From NCBI GenBank assembly GCA_026985625.1, contig JALSQC010000278.1:1-32207 (forward strand): DNA of 32,207 bases, read 5' to 3'. The notes beneath the pieces were generated by a model. The model made no database searches. It was not told where the DNA came from and saw only the letters and a list, made by a program, of their open reading frames with translations. Below are positions 29,585 through 32,207 of the stretch, piece by piece. Positions within the stretch are counted from its first letter, which is position 1, and every line of letters begins with the position of its first letter. Source of the stretch: Bacteroidales bacterium. GTDB lineage: Bacteria; Bacteroidota; Bacteroidia; Bacteroidales; JAFGXI01. The position numbers and the translations under genes were made by a program.

Positions 29585-32207
29585 TTAATTTATTTTTATA
29601 TTATTTAAATTAATTCTTGATAATTTATTAATAATATCTTTTGTAAGGTCTATTTTTATACTTTTTGACATTAAACTTGTTTTTATCTCTTTGTCTTTAT
29701 CTATAATTGTAAATTTAAGTTTTGTTGTTCCTTTGTTTGTATTTTCAATAATATCAAATATTTTATCTATTAATTCTTTTGTTATATCGTCTATATTAAT
29801 AATTATTTCGAGATTTTTAAAAACTTTGTCTTTAATGTTATATAGTAAGTCTATTGTTTTTACATTTAGTTGATAGTCTGATTTTTCTTTTTTCCAAGTT
29901 GGAATTTCTACTTTTGCGGTTACTACTATTGAATATCCCTCGACTAAATTATTTTTCCACTGACTCCATTGTTTTGAAAAAAATGTAAATGTGTAGGTTC
30001 CCGATAGGTCTTCGATAGTAACTTTTCCGTATGGGACTCCTTTTTTTGTAAGATATTCTTTAGATGAATTAATGTATCCTACTACGGTAAACTCTTTATT
30101 TTTTAGGTCGTTTAAATTATTTAAGTAATTTAATGGTAATGGATTAAGTTTATTTATAATTAGCTCAAACGAGTTTAAGGGGTGTGATGATAAATAGATT
30201 CCTATTTTTTCTTTCTCGTGTTTTAGTTTATTTATTATGTTCCATTCTCTTACCTCGGGCAATTCAGGTTTTTTTATGTGAGTATTATAAACTTCTCCAA
30301 ACAAATTTGCTCCTGCTGATTTATCGGACTTAAATTTGTTTCCGTAATCAATCAATCGCATTATAAAACTATTGTCTGATACATTTCCTTTGTCGTCAAA
30401 GAATTGATTTCTTTGAATTTTAAGCTCATCAAAAGCTCCTGCATAAGCTAATGACTCTATAGTTTTTTTGTTTACTGCAGATAGGTTTACTCTCTCGATA
30501 AAGTTATATATATCTGTAAATTCTCCTTTTTTTCTTTCGTCGATTATATTTTCTACTGCATTTGAGCCTACATCTTTTATTGCTGCTAATCCAAATCTAA
30601 TGTCTCCGTTTTTATTTACCATAAATTCGTTATACGATTCGTTTACATCAGGTCCAAGAACGTTTATTCCCATATTTTTACATTCGTTCATAAAGAATGT
30701 AATTTTTTTTATGTCTTTTTTGTTTCTGCTAAGAACTGCTGCCATAAACTCGGCGGGATAATGTGCTTTTAGATATGCTGTTTGATATGATATGTAAGAG
30801 TAGCATGTTGCATGCGATTTGTTAAATGCGTATTTCGCAAATTCTTCCCAATCTTTCCATATTTTTTCTATTGTTTTGTCTATATCTTTTTTGTTTTGCT
30901 TGCATTCTTCGACAAATTGGGTATTTGATTTACAGCCGTTTACAAACTTAAGTTTAAGTTCATTCATTACCTCTTTTTTCTTTTTACCCATTGCTTTTCG
31001 AAGCGAGTCGGACTCGCCTCGAGTAAAGTTTGCAAGCTTACGAGATAATAACATGACTTGTTCTTGATATACTGTAATTCCGTATGTTTCTTCGAGATAT
31101 TCGCTCATCATTGGAACGTCGTATTGTATTTTTTCTTTTCCGTGTTTTCGACGTATAAAGCTTGGGATATATTCCATTGGTCCCGGTCGATACAATGCAT
31201 TCATTGCTATTAAATCCTCAAATTTTGTAGGTTTTAAATCCATTAAATGTTTTTTCATTCCATCGGACTCAAATTGAAATAATCCTGTTGTTTGTCCTTT
31301 TGAATATAGTTCGTATGTTGCTTGGTCGTTTAAATCTACATTATCAATATCTACATTAATATTTTTAGATAATTTTATATTATCTATTGTATCTTTAATT
31401 ATTGATAATGTTTTAAGACCCAAAAAATCCATCTTTAATAATCCTACATCTTCGACATGTTTTCCGTCATATTGTGTTACATATTTTAACTCTGAGTCTT
31501 TAGACGGTATACAAATTGGTATATATTTTTCTAAATCGTCACGGCCTATTATTATTCCACATGCGTGTGTTCCTATGTTTCGCACTGAGCCTTCGAGCAC
31601 TTCTGCAAATTTAAGGACTTCTGATGCCTCGTTATTTTTGTCTTTTATTTGTTTTAATTCTTTTATTTCTTTTATTGCATCTTTTAATTTTATTCCGGGC
31701 TTTTCGGGAACGAGCTCTGCTATTTTACTTGTTTCGTTTAAAGGGTATTGTTGCACTCTGCCTACATCACGGATTGCTGATTTTGCGGCCATAGTTCCAA
31801 ATGTTATTATATGTGCAACTCGTTTTTCGCCGTATTTATCAACAACCCATTTTAGTATTTTTGCTCTACCATCGTCATCAAAATCTATATCTATATCGGG
31901 CATTGATATTCTATCGGGGTTTAGAAATCTCTCGAAAAGTAAATTGTATTTAATTGGGTCTATTTCTGTTATTCTTAAAGAATATGCTACTGCCGAGCCT
32001 GCTGCCGAACCTCTACCGGGTCCCACTAACACACCCATATTGCGTGCTGCTTTTAAAAAATCCCATACTATTAAAAAATAACCGGGGAATCCCATAGTTT
32101 TAATTACTCCCAACTCAAAATCCAAACGTTTTTTTATTTCTTCGGGCAGTTCGTTTCCCCAACGTTTTACAGCTCCTTCGTAAGTTATTTTTTTTAAGTA
32201 ATCGGCT
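29585..32207 (-). CDS. dnaE: DNA polymerase III subunit alpha (C-terminal ~873 codons; 5' end lies beyond the window)
   Basis: DnaE blocks are present: MGFPGYFLIVWDF, GPGRGSAAGS, FERFLNPDRISMPDIDIDF, HACGIII and LLKMDFLGLKTLS. The M at 32125 in the ORF track is an internal TTG. The same frame stays open upstream to 32206 (ADYLKKITYEGAVKRWGNELPEEIKKRL...), so the gene is truncated by the window. Confidence 0.95.
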   Translation of the reverse strand, partial: ADYLKKITYEGAVKRWGNELPEEIKKRLDFELGVIKTMGFPGYFLIVWDFLKAARNMGVLVGPGRGSAAGSAVAYSLRITEIDPIKYNLLFERFLNPDRISMPDIDIDFDDDGRAKILKWVVDKYGEKRVAHIITFGTMAAKSAIRDVGRVQQYPLNETSKIAELVPEKPGIKLKDAIKEIKELKQIKDKNNEASEVLKFAEVLEGSVRNIGTHACGIIIGRDDLEKYIPICIPSKDSELKYVTQYDGKHVEDVGLLKMDFLGLKTLSIIKDTIDNIKLSKNINVDIDNVDLNDQATYELYSKGQTTGLFQFESDGMKKHLMDLKPTKFEDLIAMNALYRPGPMEYIPSFIRRKHGKEKIQYDVPMMSEYLEETYGITVYQEQVMLLSRKLANFTRGESDSLRKAMGKKKKEVMNELKLKFVNGCKSNTQFVEECKQNKKDIDKTIEKIWKDWEEFAKYAFNKSHATCYSYISYQTAYLKAHYPAEFMAAVLSRNKKDIKKITFFMNECKNMGINVLGPDVNESYNEFMVNKNGDIRFGLAAIKDVGSNAVENIIDERKKGEFTDIYNFIERVNLSAVNKKTIESLAYAGAFDELKIQRNQFFDDKGNVSDNSFIMRLIDYGNKFKSDKSAGANLFGEVYNTHIKKPELPEVREWNIINKLKHEKEKIGIYLSSHPLNSFELIINKLNPLPLNYLNNLNDLKNKEFTVVGYINSSKEYLTKKGVPYGKVTIEDLSGTYTFTFFSKQWSQWKNNLVEGYSIVVTAKVEIPTWKKEKSDYQLNVKTIDLLYNIKDKVFKNLEIIINIDDITKELIDKIFDIIENTNKGTTKLKFTIIDKDKEIKTSLMSKSIKIDLTKDIINKLSRINLNNIKIN

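Noticed and set aside
31575-32081. A 168-aa plus-strand ORF and several other 60-120-aa antisense ORFs inside dnaE, fusA, secY, eno, rplF and others.
   Set aside because: All lie wholly within strongly supported genes on the opposite strand. They have Ser/Phe/Leu/Ile-biased compositions characteristic of shadow ORFs.

Overview
This is a low-GC (about 30% by eye), tightly packed bacterial chromosome segment made almost entirely of core housekeeping genes. I do not see a novel multi-gene system, mobile element, CRISPR array, tRNA or rRNA. All genes but one are on the minus strand.

Gene content, in minus-strand transcription order (high to low coordinates):
- dnaE (5'-truncated by the window edge) and trxA.
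- One contiguous str-S10-spc-alpha ribosomal supercluster (26672 down to 8920): rpsL-rpsG-fusA-rpsJ-rplCDWB-rpsS-rplV-rpsC-rplP-rpmC-rpsQ-rplNXE-rpsNH-rplFR-rpsE-rpmD-rplO-secY-map-infA-rpmJ-rpsMKD-rpoA-rplQ.
- eno, then gltA, then ssb-gldE-gldD.
- A 4'-phosphopantetheinyl transferase translationally coupled to a PcrB/GGGPS-family prenyltransferase.
- A POT peptide transporter, then the 5' end of a TIGR01212-type radical SAM gene running off the window start.

Three things are missing or truncated in the ORF track and were recovered by hand translation:
- rpmJ (12080..12196).
- The radical SAM fragment (1..279).
- The extension of dnaE to 32207.

Several traits point to Bacteroidota, probably a Flavobacteriia-like lineage:
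- gldD and gldE are present.
- tuf is absent from the str operon.
- Start codons lack Shine-Dalgarno sequences.
- TAnnTTTG-type -7 boxes occur upstream of operons.

The most interesting item is the only plus-strand gene. It is a second EF-G-family protein (26982..29138), divergent from rpsL, and its GTPase motifs are degenerate: the catalytic His is replaced by Ala, and NKxD reads NQLD. Secondary curiosities are a 107-aa repeat-containing Lys/Glu/Thr-rich tail on L17, zinc-free forms of L36 and S14, and perfectly palindromic bidirectional terminators.
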